This document shows positions 1-9,647 of a DNA stretch of 20,656 bases, in pieces (the stretch's first letter is position 1; every line of letters begins with the position of its first letter). The position numbers and the translations under genes were made by a program. The stretch is from IMG/VR virus record IMGVR_UViG_2778261572_000002, positions 1-20,656 of that record, one strand, 5' to 3'. The notes under the pieces were generated by a model. That model saw only the letters and a program-made list of their open reading frames with translations. It was not told the DNA's origin and made no database searches. The stretch comes from a virus (Duplodnaviria > Heunggongvirae > Uroviricota > Caudoviricetes).

Positions 1-769
1 GGCCGGTATCGCCTTTAGGACCCTGTTCACCCCGTGGCCCTTGCTCGCCCTGAGGACCTGTGTCGCCTTTAGGACCCTGTTCACCCCGTGGCCCTTGCTC
101 GCCCTGAGGACCTGTGTCGCCTTTAGGACCTGTTTCTCCCTGCGGGCCTTGCGGTCCTGGTGTTTTTGCAATCTCTTTCGCTTCTTCCAGCGCTGTCAGT
201 GCACCGGACTCGTGCAACTCCGCGTTTTTTGCTGCCTGTTCTGCACGATCTGCATCCAGTGAAACCGAAGACACAATTTGTTCCACGTGCTTTTTATCTT
301 CGGCAACGGATTCTGCATTCTGCTGTACGTTATCCGCCAGCGTCTCGCAGTCGCTCTTAATTTGTTGCGCATCAGCGACATGTTGCCCGGCCTGTCGTTC
401 GCTTTTCGCTGCCGCTTCTGCGCTCTGCTGCGCCTGCGCCACCATTTTCTCAAAGCGTTTCACTACATCCGGCTTTAAATCGCCTTCATCAAGGGCAGTC
501 AGAAAATCATTCAGTGTGCCGGGCTTTGAGTCGTCGTAAACCGAAATGTCACCCACGCAGCACTTAGGGCCGTTCTTTTGCTTGATGTGTACGGTGTATT
601 TGCCTTTTTGTGCTTCAAAGGCATACTGTCCCGCCGCATCGGTTTCAATAACCGCAAATGATTCAATGACAACTTCACTGGTATTAACCAGTGCATCTAA
701 ATAAATTTTGCATTCCGCCATCGGAACGCCAGCGCCATTAATCAGCGCACCTGAAATTAATACAGACAT
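1..769 (-). CDS. Side tail fibre protein (lambda Stf-like N-terminal domain plus collagen-like Gly-X-Y repeat region); partial, C-terminus lies beyond window start
   Basis: Minus-strand ATG at 767-769 preceded by GAGG (spacing about 4); the frame stays open to position 1, so it is absent from the ORF track (no stop in window). My translation: [90 protein letters not shown]..., which resembles the lambda Stf N-terminus as I recall it (...[15 protein letters not shown]). The last ~160 nt encode [34 protein letters not shown]... Confidence 0.75.
   Translation of the reverse strand, partial: MSVLISGALINGAGVPMAECKIYLDALVNTSEVVIESFAVIETDAAGQYAFEAQKGKYTVHIKQKNGPKCCVGDISVYDDSKPGTLNDFLTALDEGDLKPDVVKRFEKMVAQAQQSAEAAAKSERQAGQHVADAQQIKSDCETLADNVQQNAESVAEDKKHVEQIVSSVSLDADRAEQAAKNAELHESGALTALEEAKEIAKTPGPQGPQGETGPKGDTGPQGEQGPRGEQGPKGDTGPQGEQGPRGEQGPKGDTG
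11..118. repeat. Perfect 54-bp tandem direct repeat, 2 copies (11-64 and 65-118), with a diverged third copy from 119; in-frame coding repeat of six Gly-X-Y triplets
   Basis: Seen directly: gcctttaggaccctgttcaccccgtggcccttgctcgccctgaggacctgtgtc occurs twice head to tail. 54 bp = 18 codons of the fibre gene. The array probably continues past the window start. Confidence 0.9.
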
Positions 770-816
770 AAAGCCTCTGAACTGAAAACGGCCGCCAGAC
801 AGCGACCGTTATTGTT

Positions 817-1341
817 TTACACGTCAGGTTTTTCCGGCCACTGAATTAAATCAAAGGAAGATTTATCACTGACCTGACTTAAATCCAGCGCCTTTACCGC
901 TTTGATATATGCCATCCACTGCGTAAGACGGGCTTTATCATCGTCGCTGATGGTGCCCAGCTCCAGCTCGATTTTCCAGTCGGAGGTGATGTCCTTCGCT
1001 TCATTCAGCAGGCGCTGGCGTTGTTTTTCTGCCAGTTGCGAATAATCAACAGGAACCGGCAGCACTTCGCCGTCCTGGTAATACCAGCTGGCTTCAATGC
1101 CAAAACCTTCCGGCAGTTCATCCACTTCCACAATAGTGAAGCCAGCCGGATAAAGACGGGACACGTCTTCCGCCATCGAATAAATCACGCCGGTTTCCGG
1201 GTGAATACACAATTTGTATTTCTTCGTGAATTTATCCAGTGATTCATAAAAATCCTGTCCGTCTTCACTACGGAAATACTGAATATTTTCACCATAAGGC
1301 ATCTCTTCCGGGTAATAACGCGTGACGTTTCTGAGTTCCAT
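817..1341 (-). CDS. Tail fibre assembly protein (Tfa / Mu U-like chaperone)
   Basis: Sits immediately downstream of the tail fibre gene. Start moved from the track's 1377 to ATG at 1341 (MELRNVTRYYPEE...), which has a strong SD (TAAGGAGAAAATA-ATG) and lies after the upstream stop. Size and C-terminal region look like phage Tfa chaperones. Confidence 0.8.
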   Translation of the reverse strand: MELRNVTRYYPEEMPYGENIQYFRSEDGQDFYESLDKFTKKYKLCIHPETGVIYSMAEDVSRLYPAGFTIVEVDELPEGFGIEASWYYQDGEVLPVPVDYSQLAEKQRQRLLNEAKDITSDWKIELELGTISDDDKARLTQWMAYIKAVKALDLSQVSDKSSFDLIQWPEKPDV

Positions 1342-1355
1342 TATTTTCTCCTTAA

Positions 1356-2159
1356 TTAACCTGATACAGTGCGCCATGAACCATTGATATAAATCTGAGT
1401 TTGTTTGTAATACACGCCGCCGATGTTATCCGCAGAGTTACTGCCGGTATCCTGAACCTGAATACCGGACAGGGTGCAACCAGACGGCGCGCGAAATGTC
1501 CAGGTCATCCAGTTACCGCCGGGATTGTGAAACACTTCGCTGGTGTATCTGAAATCACGCACAGCACCGGAATCGGTACTGCTGATGGTGATATCGCTGC
1601 TGCCATCAAACAGCACATTGTTAATCCTGCGGGCCGTCTGAAGCCGGGTTGCCGTTCCGGCGTTGCCGCCGATGTTGTTGATAGTGATATCCGAAGTCAG
1701 GGCCATGCCGTTGACCTTACGCGCTTTTGGCACACCGCTGATGTTATCCAGAAACAATTGTTTATTCGGGATGTCTGCACCGTTACGGTCTTTTGCCAGT
1801 CTGGCGTTTGCGTTATCCATCGCAATCTTGACCGCTTTTGGCGTAGCTGCTTCTGTTTCTGATTCACTGTTAACAGCACTGTTAAGCTGCACCACGCCTT
1901 TTTGCGTCAGTGATGCATCCGGGACTTTCTGGCCAATAAACGAGGTCAGCGCCTCAACCAGCTGGTTTTGTTTTTCCGGGTCAGGGGTGACGCCAGCCTC
2001 TTTAAGGACGTTAATCACCTCCTGCTGCAAATCACGCGTTGCCGCCTGATGATTATTCATAAATTCAGCAGTAACGATGGTTCCCTCAATTCCCTGAGTC
2101 GGGTCACCGTCATGAAATAACTTATCCGGCGTATTCACCGGGGGCATTAAATTCCGCAT
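1356..2159 (-). CDS. Tail fibre protein (short Stf / P2 H / Mu S family)
   Basis: 267 aa. Contains the conserved tail-fibre motif KGVVQLNSAVNSESETEAATPKAVKIAMDNANARLA (compare lambda Stf / P2 H ...QLSSATNSTSETLAATPKAVK...) and a later ...GTATRLQTARRINNVLFDGSSDITIS motif. GGAGG SD; ATG shares one nt with the upstream TAA. Confidence 0.85.
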   Translation of the reverse strand: MRNLMPPVNTPDKLFHDGDPTQGIEGTIVTAEFMNNHQAATRDLQQEVINVLKEAGVTPDPEKQNQLVEALTSFIGQKVPDASLTQKGVVQLNSAVNSESETEAATPKAVKIAMDNANARLAKDRNGADIPNKQLFLDNISGVPKARKVNGMALTSDITINNIGGNAGTATRLQTARRINNVLFDGSSDITISSTDSGAVRDFRYTSEVFHNPGGNWMTWTFRAPSGCTLSGIQVQDTGSNSADNIGGVYYKQTQIYINGSWRTVSG

Positions 2160-2731
2160 TATTCCTCCACCTCATACGTGAAATAACAGTCTGTAAAAGC
2201 CGGTTTAAGGTCTTTAAACGTGTTTTCTAAAATGGATTCCCCGAAGGCCGTCAGCGGTTCACCGGTTGCCGATGCACCCGTTCTGAACCGGTAGACCGGT
2301 GTTTTTGTCCCGATAACATTGACCTGCCACGCCCAGCGGATTTCCGGTATCAGCAGACGGTCACCACAGCGGTTTATCCCCACCCGGAACGGTCGCGGCT
2401 CCGTAATGGTGATGGTATAGCCCAGACTGGCGGCAAGGCTTTTGAAGTAAGGGATTGACAGACCACCCGTGGCAGCCATTTTTACCAGTATGTTTTGCCG
2501 CCGCTCCTGTTGTGTTGCCCCTTCACGGGGGACAACACCGTACACGCGCTCCCAGTCGGACAGCGTCATCGATGCCTGCAACGGGGTGATTTGTGCCAGA
2601 ACGCGCGCTGCTGACGCCTTCACGGCTTCCATGACGTCAGCCTCGGCTGTCAGTTCTGCGGAAATATATTTCCCGTTCAGGTCATAACTGACAGGTGGCA
2701 GCATGGCGCGAAATAAATCGACCATATTCAT
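2159..2731 (-). CDS. Mu gp48-like tail/baseplate protein (DUF2313, YmfQ-like)
   Basis: Start moved from the track's TTG at 2767 to ATG at 2731 (MNMVDLFRAMLPPVSYDL...), which follows the baseplate J stop (2736-2738) and has a GAGGGG SD. Position between baseplate J and the tail fibre matches Mu gp48. Confidence 0.75.
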   Translation of the reverse strand: MNMVDLFRAMLPPVSYDLNGKYISAELTAEADVMEAVKASAARVLAQITPLQASMTLSDWERVYGVVPREGATQQERRQNILVKMAATGGLSIPYFKSLAASLGYTITITEPRPFRVGINRCGDRLLIPEIRWAWQVNVIGTKTPVYRFRTGASATGEPLTAFGESILENTFKDLKPAFTDCYFTYEVEE

Positions 2732-2735
2732 AAAA

Positions 2736-3815
2736 TCACCCCTCACGTGGAAAAGGCTGAATATCAATATTTCCCGGGCGCAGCCATTCCCACGTTGACG
2801 CGTTAATAATGGCTTTTACGTTGTCTGCTGGCGTAATGATTCGCCGGTCACTGACACCGGAAATTAATGAAATCTGGGTTTCCAGTTGTGAAATAATTAA
2901 TTCTTGCCCCGGCTCCAGTCGGTTCATAAAATCCGTGATAACGTCAGTTATCTGCGGTTTTATCTGCTCAACGGTCAGGCCGCTGGTTTTTACCCGGACA
3001 ACGAAATCAACGGCTTTTTTCGTCGGGGCCAGCACCATCGTGTCCTTCGCCGTCACCGGGCGAACTTCCTCAATATGTGCCAGCACGGCATTAATCAGTT
3101 CCTGCGAGGGGAGGTCATTGGCTGACGTAATGGCCACATCAACCGTTCCCAGTCCACGACGCAATGGCTCCACATATGCCGAGGTAACGCCATCCACTTC
3201 CAGCGCCCAGCGTTTGTAATCATATTTGTTACCGCCAGCGGGTGGCCTGCGCAGAATATCCAGATAACGCGCCAGCAGGTCGGCGTCACTTTCCCTGTCC
3301 GTTCCGCCAGTCAGGGATTTAATCGTCACCGTGCTGTTGATGCCTTCCGGCGGACTGACCAGCGTTGCCGTCTGCGTTGTGGATACGTTCGTCTGTGCGC
3401 CCGTGGTGGTGCTTTTTACCGTCACCTCCGCGCTGCCTTCATCACCGATGGTGCAGTCTGCGGTGGTGGCCACGCTGACACCTTCACCGCGAATTTCCGC
3501 ACCGGCTGGCAGCATCTTACCGGGGGTACCGGTAATCACCACCGGACCGGATGAGGCTGTTGCTTTTTTACGAAAAACATTGCGCGTGCGGCAGTGCAGC
3601 TCCAGATATTCAGGGTCTGCCGTGTCAGGAAACACCTGACGGAGGATCCACCCCTGATGCATATAAAGCCCGTCCGCCACGCCGGATACGGCATTGGCAC
3701 GAATGCGGTAATCGCTGTCAGCGCCGGTGTCGATGGTTTCTCCCGGCAGGGCGTTAGCGATATCACGTAGCTGGCGTTCTGTGTTTTCAGCAACGCCCGG
3801 AACAGGAAACGGCAT
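2736..3815 (-). CDS. Baseplate J-like protein (Mu gp47 / P2 gpJ family)
   Basis: 359 aa; internal region ...DRESDADLLARYLDILRRPPAGGNKYDYKRWALEVDGV... is typical of the Baseplate_J family. ATG overlaps the upstream stop (TAATG). Confidence 0.85.
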   Translation of the reverse strand: MPFPVPGVAENTERQLRDIANALPGETIDTGADSDYRIRANAVSGVADGLYMHQGWILRQVFPDTADPEYLELHCRTRNVFRKKATASSGPVVITGTPGKMLPAGAEIRGEGVSVATTADCTIGDEGSAEVTVKSTTTGAQTNVSTTQTATLVSPPEGINSTVTIKSLTGGTDRESDADLLARYLDILRRPPAGGNKYDYKRWALEVDGVTSAYVEPLRRGLGTVDVAITSANDLPSQELINAVLAHIEEVRPVTAKDTMVLAPTKKAVDFVVRVKTSGLTVEQIKPQITDVITDFMNRLEPGQELIISQLETQISLISGVSDRRIITPADNVKAIINASTWEWLRPGNIDIQPFPREG

Positions 3816-4165
3816 TACATAATCCTCACAGGGTGTTCAAACGTCTGCGGTGTGCCCGCGTTATCCGTGACGGTGATTAGCAGCAACAACCAGCCGCGCT
3901 GCCCCGTTTTTGTGTCAACGGTAATTGCTGTCGCCCGCCCGTCATCGAGCAGGGGCTGAAGTGCCTGGCTGGCATACTGCGCCGCCAGCCTGTGGACACG
4001 GGAAACGTCTTTTTCCCGCTTCAGTTCGTGCAGGCGTGACCCCAGCGACGCATCCGCCCAGTAACTGCCAAGCGGTGTCGCCAGTCGCAGATAAACCGCG
4101 TTATGGAGTGTATAAATCCGGCGGTGTTCGTAGTCGCCGGTTGCAGGTGAAATCGTCTGGTCCAT
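3815..4165 (-). CDS. Mu gp46-like baseplate protein
   Basis: 116 aa ORF between the spike and baseplate J, the synteny position of Mu gp46. Only ATG 4165 is available in frame after the upstream stop. Assignment is by position and size only. Confidence 0.6.
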   Translation of the reverse strand: MDQTISPATGDYEHRRIYTLHNAVYLRLATPLGSYWADASLGSRLHELKREKDVSRVHRLAAQYASQALQPLLDDGRATAITVDTKTGQRGWLLLLITVTDNAGTPQTFEHPVRIM

Positions 4166-4218
4166 GCCGCCAGTCTGGCAGCATGGACAGGTCAGAATCA
4201 GGTGAGGGTGTTCAGCAC

Positions 4219-4875
4219 TTAATTAACCGGCGTGTCAGACATGCCGTGTGGGGTCGGGTGTTTGTGCGTTCCGATTTTAACGCCATTAATGGTGACGTCA
4301 ACGGAGGTAATCACACCGCTTGTGTGGTTGATATTGCCTTCAAAGGTGGCAGTATATTTTCCTTTGCCGCCTTTAATGGCCATACCCCCATTACCGGATA
4401 TTTTCCCTTCAGCAATTAATTGCTCACTTGCGGTAAGTTGGGGAGTAATAAAACCGGCGCTGTCCTTTGCTTCAACTTCAAACGAATTACATTTCACCCG
4501 GTAAATATCACACTCCGTTTCAATCACACGTCCGCGCTTCAGCACAATTTTCGCGCCTTCATCGGTATACAGGGCCACCTCGCCGGGTTTCAGTTCCGTC
4601 AGGCGATATGCGCCGTGCTCGGTGGCCACGACGACGGTATGGGAGGTATTACCGTTCAGCGGAACGGCAATACCCATCGAGCCGGGCGGCGGGGATGTGG
4701 TGAGGCCGTAATGCTGAAAATACTCCGCACCGTCCAGCTGTTCGCCTGCCAGCCCGTTCAGCTGGAGAAGCTGTACTTTGGTCGAACTGTCCACCGTACC
4801 GGTCACCACCCTGAATGCCTGGCGAACGGCGACCAGTGCCTGCTGTATGCGCTGATTAACCTTGTCCCACATCAT
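4219..4875 (-). CDS. Baseplate central spike / puncturing device (Mu gp45, P2 gpV-like)
   Basis: 218 aa. C-terminus ...GVKIGTHKHPTPHGMSDTPVN carries a His-rich apex motif like those of Mu gp45 / gpV-type spikes. ATGA overlap with the upstream gene. Confidence 0.8.
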   Translation of the reverse strand: MMWDKVNQRIQQALVAVRQAFRVVTGTVDSSTKVQLLQLNGLAGEQLDGAEYFQHYGLTTSPPPGSMGIAVPLNGNTSHTVVVATEHGAYRLTELKPGEVALYTDEGAKIVLKRGRVIETECDIYRVKCNSFEVEAKDSAGFITPQLTASEQLIAEGKISGNGGMAIKGGKGKYTATFEGNINHTSGVITSVDVTINGVKIGTHKHPTPHGMSDTPVN

Positions 4876-6083
4876 TTCTCCCAGACCTTAACAATGGCGA
4901 CCTCTTTTTTCTTTTTGCCCCTGCGGTGATGGCGTTTCTTCTCGCGCGGGAAGGCATCAGGTATCCACACGCCGTCCTCCTTAAAGCGAAGACGGGTTGT
5001 CTGTCCGTTCCGGCCTACGCTGAACTCACGCCCCATCAGGAAAAAGATGGCGTCGATGCCGTGGGGTTCGCTGACAATCCGCACACGCTGGCCGGGCTGC
5101 CACAGGACACCGTCCGCCGTGCGATGGCCTGCAACCAGTGCGACGATATCCAGCCCCGACAGGCGGGCATCACTCATCATTTTTTTTGCGCGCCAGTTCA
5201 CCTGCTCCATGTTACTGGTGTCGCCCTGGGTGATTATCTGCGGGCGGTAATAATCCACGGTGGGGTCGGTGGCCACGGCTTTCATGTTATGAATGCCTGT
5301 CTGACCACTGCCTGTATTACCGCTGTCCTGCCCGGATAATGTGCGCACGCTGCCGTCCTCGTTCCAGATATCCAGCGGCACCACGGCTACCTGTTTCTTG
5401 CTGTCTGCGCGGCGGGCGTGGCTCTGGGCCAGCACCGTTAGCTCGGAGAAACAGCCGTTAATGGACCGGGTATCGTCCAGCTCCATCACGTTGTTCCCGG
5501 TGCCGTCCAGCTTCATAATCAGCGTGTCCACCGGCGTGGTGGTGTAGTCAGGGCCACCCACAACCAGCGTCCCGTCAGGCTCAAACCACGGCCATAAGCC
5601 GCGACCGGCGGCAGCTTTAGCCAGTGCATCCCACGCACGCATCCCCGGCTCTATAACGACCTTGTCATTACGTGACACACCGGACGCCTGAATACGGATG
5701 CGCTGTATCCCCAGCGGTCTGACAATCCTGTCGATGACCTCGTCCAGTGTCAGCTGGTTGGCACTGAATACCGGCGCGGCACAGTCTACCAGAATGGCGG
5801 CATCATCACGCCCGGACAGGGTCAGCGTGCAGCTCTGACGGGATACACTGCGGCGCACGCTGTCCACGCGACCACTGAGGACCGTCTCGTCTCCCACCTG
5901 CAAACGGACCGGCGCACCCCGGACGATATCCGCCGGGAACACCTTTTCAGGCAGTCCCAGCTGAAGCTGCCACCCGTCGGCGGCTTTCAGGAAATCGCTG
6001 TCAATACGATAACTGCTCCAGTCAGAATGCGACCTTCCGGCAATGACCAGGCTGATTTTGTCGTCGTTATTTTGCGTAGGCAT
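4872..6083 (-). CDS. Mu P-like baseplate hub / tail protein (gp44 family)
   Basis: 403 aa; sits between the N-like protein and the spike, as in Mu (N-P-gp45). Overlaps the upstream gene by 17 nt. Confidence 0.75.
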   Translation of the reverse strand: MPTQNNDDKISLVIAGRSHSDWSSYRIDSDFLKAADGWQLQLGLPEKVFPADIVRGAPVRLQVGDETVLSGRVDSVRRSVSRQSCTLTLSGRDDAAILVDCAAPVFSANQLTLDEVIDRIVRPLGIQRIRIQASGVSRNDKVVIEPGMRAWDALAKAAAGRGLWPWFEPDGTLVVGGPDYTTTPVDTLIMKLDGTGNNVMELDDTRSINGCFSELTVLAQSHARRADSKKQVAVVPLDIWNEDGSVRTLSGQDSGNTGSGQTGIHNMKAVATDPTVDYYRPQIITQGDTSNMEQVNWRAKKMMSDARLSGLDIVALVAGHRTADGVLWQPGQRVRIVSEPHGIDAIFFLMGREFSVGRNGQTTRLRFKEDGVWIPDAFPREKKRHHRRGKKKKEVAIVKVWEK

Positions 6084-7416
6084 TAATCACCATCCCGGCG
6101 GTTATGTTGTTCGGGTCACGCAGCTGCGGGTTCAGACGTTGCAGCTCTGCCGCACGGCTGTAATCACCGTACCACTGCCACGCCAGCAACAGCAGACAGC
6201 TGTCCGCCTGCACCTGTTTCTGCGTCAGCGGTGGGCGGCGTGACAGAACCAGCAGGCCGACATCCTGCACGGATGCCGCCACGTTTTTCATGCTCTGAAT
6301 GATTTCCGGGTACATCAGCCCCAGTGGTGATGCGGTTTCGGTTATCCGTTCGCGTTCGCCTTCATAGCGTTCACGGAACAGCGTAATGGCTGCCTGTAAG
6401 CGGGTGCGCACATCCCCGACCAGTCGCCCGATATCCGCCGGGATAAGCTGTTCTGACTGGGCCTCATCGGACAGTATCGCTGTTGCCACGCTGGCCAGCT
6501 CTGAGGCCGCCAGAACCGCATAAGCCGCTTTCACGTCCTGCACGTCTTCCACGGACGCATCCGGCGGAAGTGCCACAGACGGCGTTTTATCACCGCTGAC
6601 CAGTGCGACCGGCAGCGCGACCAGCTCATCCATATCTGCCATCACCTCATTCCAGCAGGTCATCACGGTCGCAGAACTGGCGACGCTGTCTTCTGCGGTC
6701 AGCCCGGTCGTGGTGGCGGAATCAGTACGTTCCAGCACCGGCACCGCGTGCCCGACATCTGACGTGTGGATTTCCAGCACCTCTGCCAGCCCGCCGATGA
6801 ACTTTCCGGGTTCGCTGGCCAGTGACATCATATTGTCGATGGATGAGAGAAAATCGCTTTTGAACGTCAGCAGGGTATTCACCAGCGTGGCACGCACCGT
6901 CTGGATTTTTTTTATCACGCTGTTAATGGTCTTTAAAGGGGCCGTAACAGCGTCAAATAATTCGCTTAACTGCGCCAGTAACTTATCCAGTTCTTCAAAT
7001 AACTGCTGTGCAAACAGCTCCGGTAACGGGGTGCTGAACAACGCGCTGCCGGTGCGGTTCTCCAGAAAACTCATGTCAATGGTGCAGCTGTCCGGGCTTT
7101 CTGCGTCATGGCGGATGCTGTAGCCGGTCACAATCACCGACGGCACAGAGCCATAAACCGGATGAATCAGTTCACCATCGCCGCCTTTATCCAGGGCGGC
7201 GATCAGCTTTTCAAGTTTATATTCGTAAAACTCCCCCCACAGGAACGCCGTCATGCGGAACGGTCGCGCCTTGCGTCCGAGGTCGTGCAAATCCGCCCCG
7301 TCAACAAACGGGTATTCATAGACCGCATGGTCGCGGCTGATTTGTTCATCCGTGTTCAGTACATCAAACTGCACGCCACGAAAGGAGGCGTTTTGCAGGT
7401 TTTCAGCCCAGCCCAT
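6067..7416 (-). CDS. Mu N-like DNA circularisation / tail protein (gp43 family)
   Basis: 449 aa ORF immediately downstream of the tape measure with an ATGA overlap; position and size match Mu N. Confidence 0.75.
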   Translation of the reverse strand: MGWAENLQNASFRGVQFDVLNTDEQISRDHAVYEYPFVDGADLHDLGRKARPFRMTAFLWGEFYEYKLEKLIAALDKGGDGELIHPVYGSVPSVIVTGYSIRHDAESPDSCTIDMSFLENRTGSALFSTPLPELFAQQLFEELDKLLAQLSELFDAVTAPLKTINSVIKKIQTVRATLVNTLLTFKSDFLSSIDNMMSLASEPGKFIGGLAEVLEIHTSDVGHAVPVLERTDSATTTGLTAEDSVASSATVMTCWNEVMADMDELVALPVALVSGDKTPSVALPPDASVEDVQDVKAAYAVLAASELASVATAILSDEAQSEQLIPADIGRLVGDVRTRLQAAITLFRERYEGERERITETASPLGLMYPEIIQSMKNVAASVQDVGLLVLSRRPPLTQKQVQADSCLLLLAWQWYGDYSRAAELQRLNPQLRDPNNITAGMVINAYAK

Positions 7417-9647
7417 CAGTAAGTTCCTCCCGTGCCTCTGTTACCGTCCTGAAGGTTGTATTTATTCACCGCCTCTGCGATAACCTGCCCGTCGAGCACC
7501 ACCTGAGTGGTGACGTTCACCGGGGGCGCTGGCGGCTGTCCGCCATTCTGAACGCCGGGCTGACCACCACGTTTACCGGATGCATTAACGGTATCAGCCG
7601 CGGTCATCCCGGCTTGCTGTCGGACTTGTTCTGGTGTCGGCAGAGAATCACCGGCGATAACCCCGGTTTTTTTCAGTTCGTCAAGATACTGCTGGATCCA
7701 TTTTTCGTTTTCTGTTGAGTAACCTTCGCCAAACTGCCACCACGGCTGGTACTTTTCACGGGCAGCATCAATCAGCCACTGAGGATATTTAGCCCGTATA
7801 TTTTTCCAGCGTTCCTCGCTTCCTTCGACGGCGGCGTCTTCTTCCGGGCTGGTTGCTGTGGCCAGTGCCGTAACGGTGCCACCGAAAGAAAGCAGGCCAC
7901 CGGCAATGCCGGGAAGTTTTAACCCTTTGCCTTTCTTAATTGTGGTTTCAAGCACATCACCAACAACGTCGCCAATCTTGCCATCTGATTTTCCCCCGGT
8001 CAGGATTTTGACCCCGGCCCATGTCAGGGCCGCTGCGGTCATCGCTTCAATGGCGGTCGTGGCCCCCACCACTGCTGTGGTCAGCCCCGGAAACTTTTCA
8101 CCCGCCCAGCTTATGGCATCGGCCACAGTACCGGATGCATCCGCCAGCTTTTTCACGCTGTCCATTTGTGAAAATTCAAGCGTGTTTTTAGCCTGCCCGG
8201 TTTTAAAATCATTCGTGTCTGATATGAATTTAAAATCCACATCACCCGCGCGCTGACCTTCCGGCAGGGTGCGCTGCTGATTAATCGCGTCTTCAACCTT
8301 TTTCCGGTATTCAGGGTTGTTACGGTAGGCTAACAACGCCATCAACGCCTGACGGTCTGCAACCAGCTTTCCGAAACCAAAGCCTTCAAGGAGTGTTGCC
8401 ATCGAATCATAAACAGCCGTCTGCTCGCCTTTATCCCTGGCGGAGGCCAGTTTCTTTTGCAGCTCCTGATAGCGTTTATCGCTGGCAACAATTTTGTCTA
8501 TCAGGCTGGACAGCGCGTCTATCGGATTAAGTCCATGTTCGCGCGCTTCAGTCAGTGTGCCGGAAAAGTCGATTCCCTTACCGTTGTAATTTATCCCCGC
8601 AGCCGCTGTTTCAATATCCTTACTGGTCAGTTTTGCCAGCAGGTTAACCACGTTATTTCCGGCCTCATCACTGCTGCCCGCCGTGATGGCGGCAGCTTCA
8701 TTCAGCGCCAGAATCTTGACGAAATCATCTTTGCCTTTCATCCCCGCAGCTGACGCAGCGCCCATTTGCTGGGATAACCAGCGGGCCATGTCGTTCAGTT
8801 CAAAGCTGCCTTCTTTGCCCGCTGCAATCGCCATATTCAGAACGGTGGAAATATCTTCATCCCTGAATCCAAAGGTCTTTTTGCCCTTAATCATCACCTT
8901 AGCCAGGTCTGTCGCTGATGCACCGGAAGCCGTGGCGTATTTCATCAGTTCAGGCAGCCACTTACTGGCTGTTTCAAATGAAATGCCGTCTTTCAGCAGG
9001 GCATCCAGCGTTTCGGCTGCATCCTCTTTCGTGCCACCACCATAGGTCACTGCGTTACGGATGCTGCTTTTCATCTGTTCAAGACCGGCTTTGCGCCCCT
9101 CCAGTCCACCATCACTGAAGGCGGTATTCGCCATCATTGCCAGCTGGCGTTCGTAGCTCATCTGCTTTTTGACCGGCTGCGCCATAATGGCAGCACCTGC
9201 TGCGATACCACCGCCAATTGTCAGAACGTTGCCGCCGATATTGGCCGCCTTTGCCAGCGTGCCGACACCGCGCATTTCCCGCTTCAGCTCCCGGATTTGT
9301 TCTTTCGTGGCACGCCATGCCCGCGCCTGTTCGCGGGCAGACATGACGCCACTACGGGCAAGGCGGTTATAACTGGCTTCAGTAAGGGCGATTTCCCGGC
9401 GGATTTCATGCTCCGAACGGATGCCAAGCGTTTCCCGGGCACGAGCTGCACGCTGTAATTCGGTGACAACCCTTTTTGTGCTGTTGATGCTCTCATCATC
9501 GGTGCGTTTCTGCTCCTGACCTGCCTTTTTGGTTGCTTTTTCCACTCCTTCAGTGGCTTTTACAACCTTCTTTTTTCCCTTTTCCAGAACCTGCGAGGCT
9601 TCGTCCTTCGCAGTCAGGGTCATGCCAACTTTGAAATTACCGGCCAT
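7416..9647 (-). CDS. Tail tape measure protein
   Basis: 743 aa, Ala/Gly/Lys-rich with predicted long helical segments; located after the tube and chaperone genes. Confidence 0.9.
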   Translation of the reverse strand: MAGNFKVGMTLTAKDEASQVLEKGKKKVVKATEGVEKATKKAGQEQKRTDDESINSTKRVVTELQRAARARETLGIRSEHEIRREIALTEASYNRLARSGVMSAREQARAWRATKEQIRELKREMRGVGTLAKAANIGGNVLTIGGGIAAGAAIMAQPVKKQMSYERQLAMMANTAFSDGGLEGRKAGLEQMKSSIRNAVTYGGGTKEDAAETLDALLKDGISFETASKWLPELMKYATASGASATDLAKVMIKGKKTFGFRDEDISTVLNMAIAAGKEGSFELNDMARWLSQQMGAASAAGMKGKDDFVKILALNEAAAITAGSSDEAGNNVVNLLAKLTSKDIETAAAGINYNGKGIDFSGTLTEAREHGLNPIDALSSLIDKIVASDKRYQELQKKLASARDKGEQTAVYDSMATLLEGFGFGKLVADRQALMALLAYRNNPEYRKKVEDAINQQRTLPEGQRAGDVDFKFISDTNDFKTGQAKNTLEFSQMDSVKKLADASGTVADAISWAGEKFPGLTTAVVGATTAIEAMTAAALTWAGVKILTGGKSDGKIGDVVGDVLETTIKKGKGLKLPGIAGGLLSFGGTVTALATATSPEEDAAVEGSEERWKNIRAKYPQWLIDAAREKYQPWWQFGEGYSTENEKWIQQYLDELKKTGVIAGDSLPTPEQVRQQAGMTAADTVNASGKRGGQPGVQNGGQPPAPPVNVTTQVVLDGQVIAEAVNKYNLQDGNRGTGGTY

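Noticed and set aside
1-165. Tandem direct repeats that could be mistaken for a CRISPR array or non-coding satellite
   Set aside because: Units are contiguous with no spacers, are 54 bp (a multiple of 3), and translate in the fibre frame to uninterrupted Gly-X-Y triplets. This is a coding collagen-like repeat.
1-2159. Invertible tail-fibre switch (Mu G segment / e14 P segment type)
   Set aside because: Both fibre genes and the Tfa are co-oriented on the minus strand. No oppositely oriented fibre/chaperone pair, flanking inverted repeats or invertase gene is visible in the window, though an invertase could lie beyond position 1.
4166-4218. 53-nt gap between the spike and gp46-like genes as a possible regulatory site or small ORF
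   Set aside because: No inverted repeat, promoter-like element or ORF was found; it is most simply a spacer, or the gp46-like gene uses an unrecognised upstream start.
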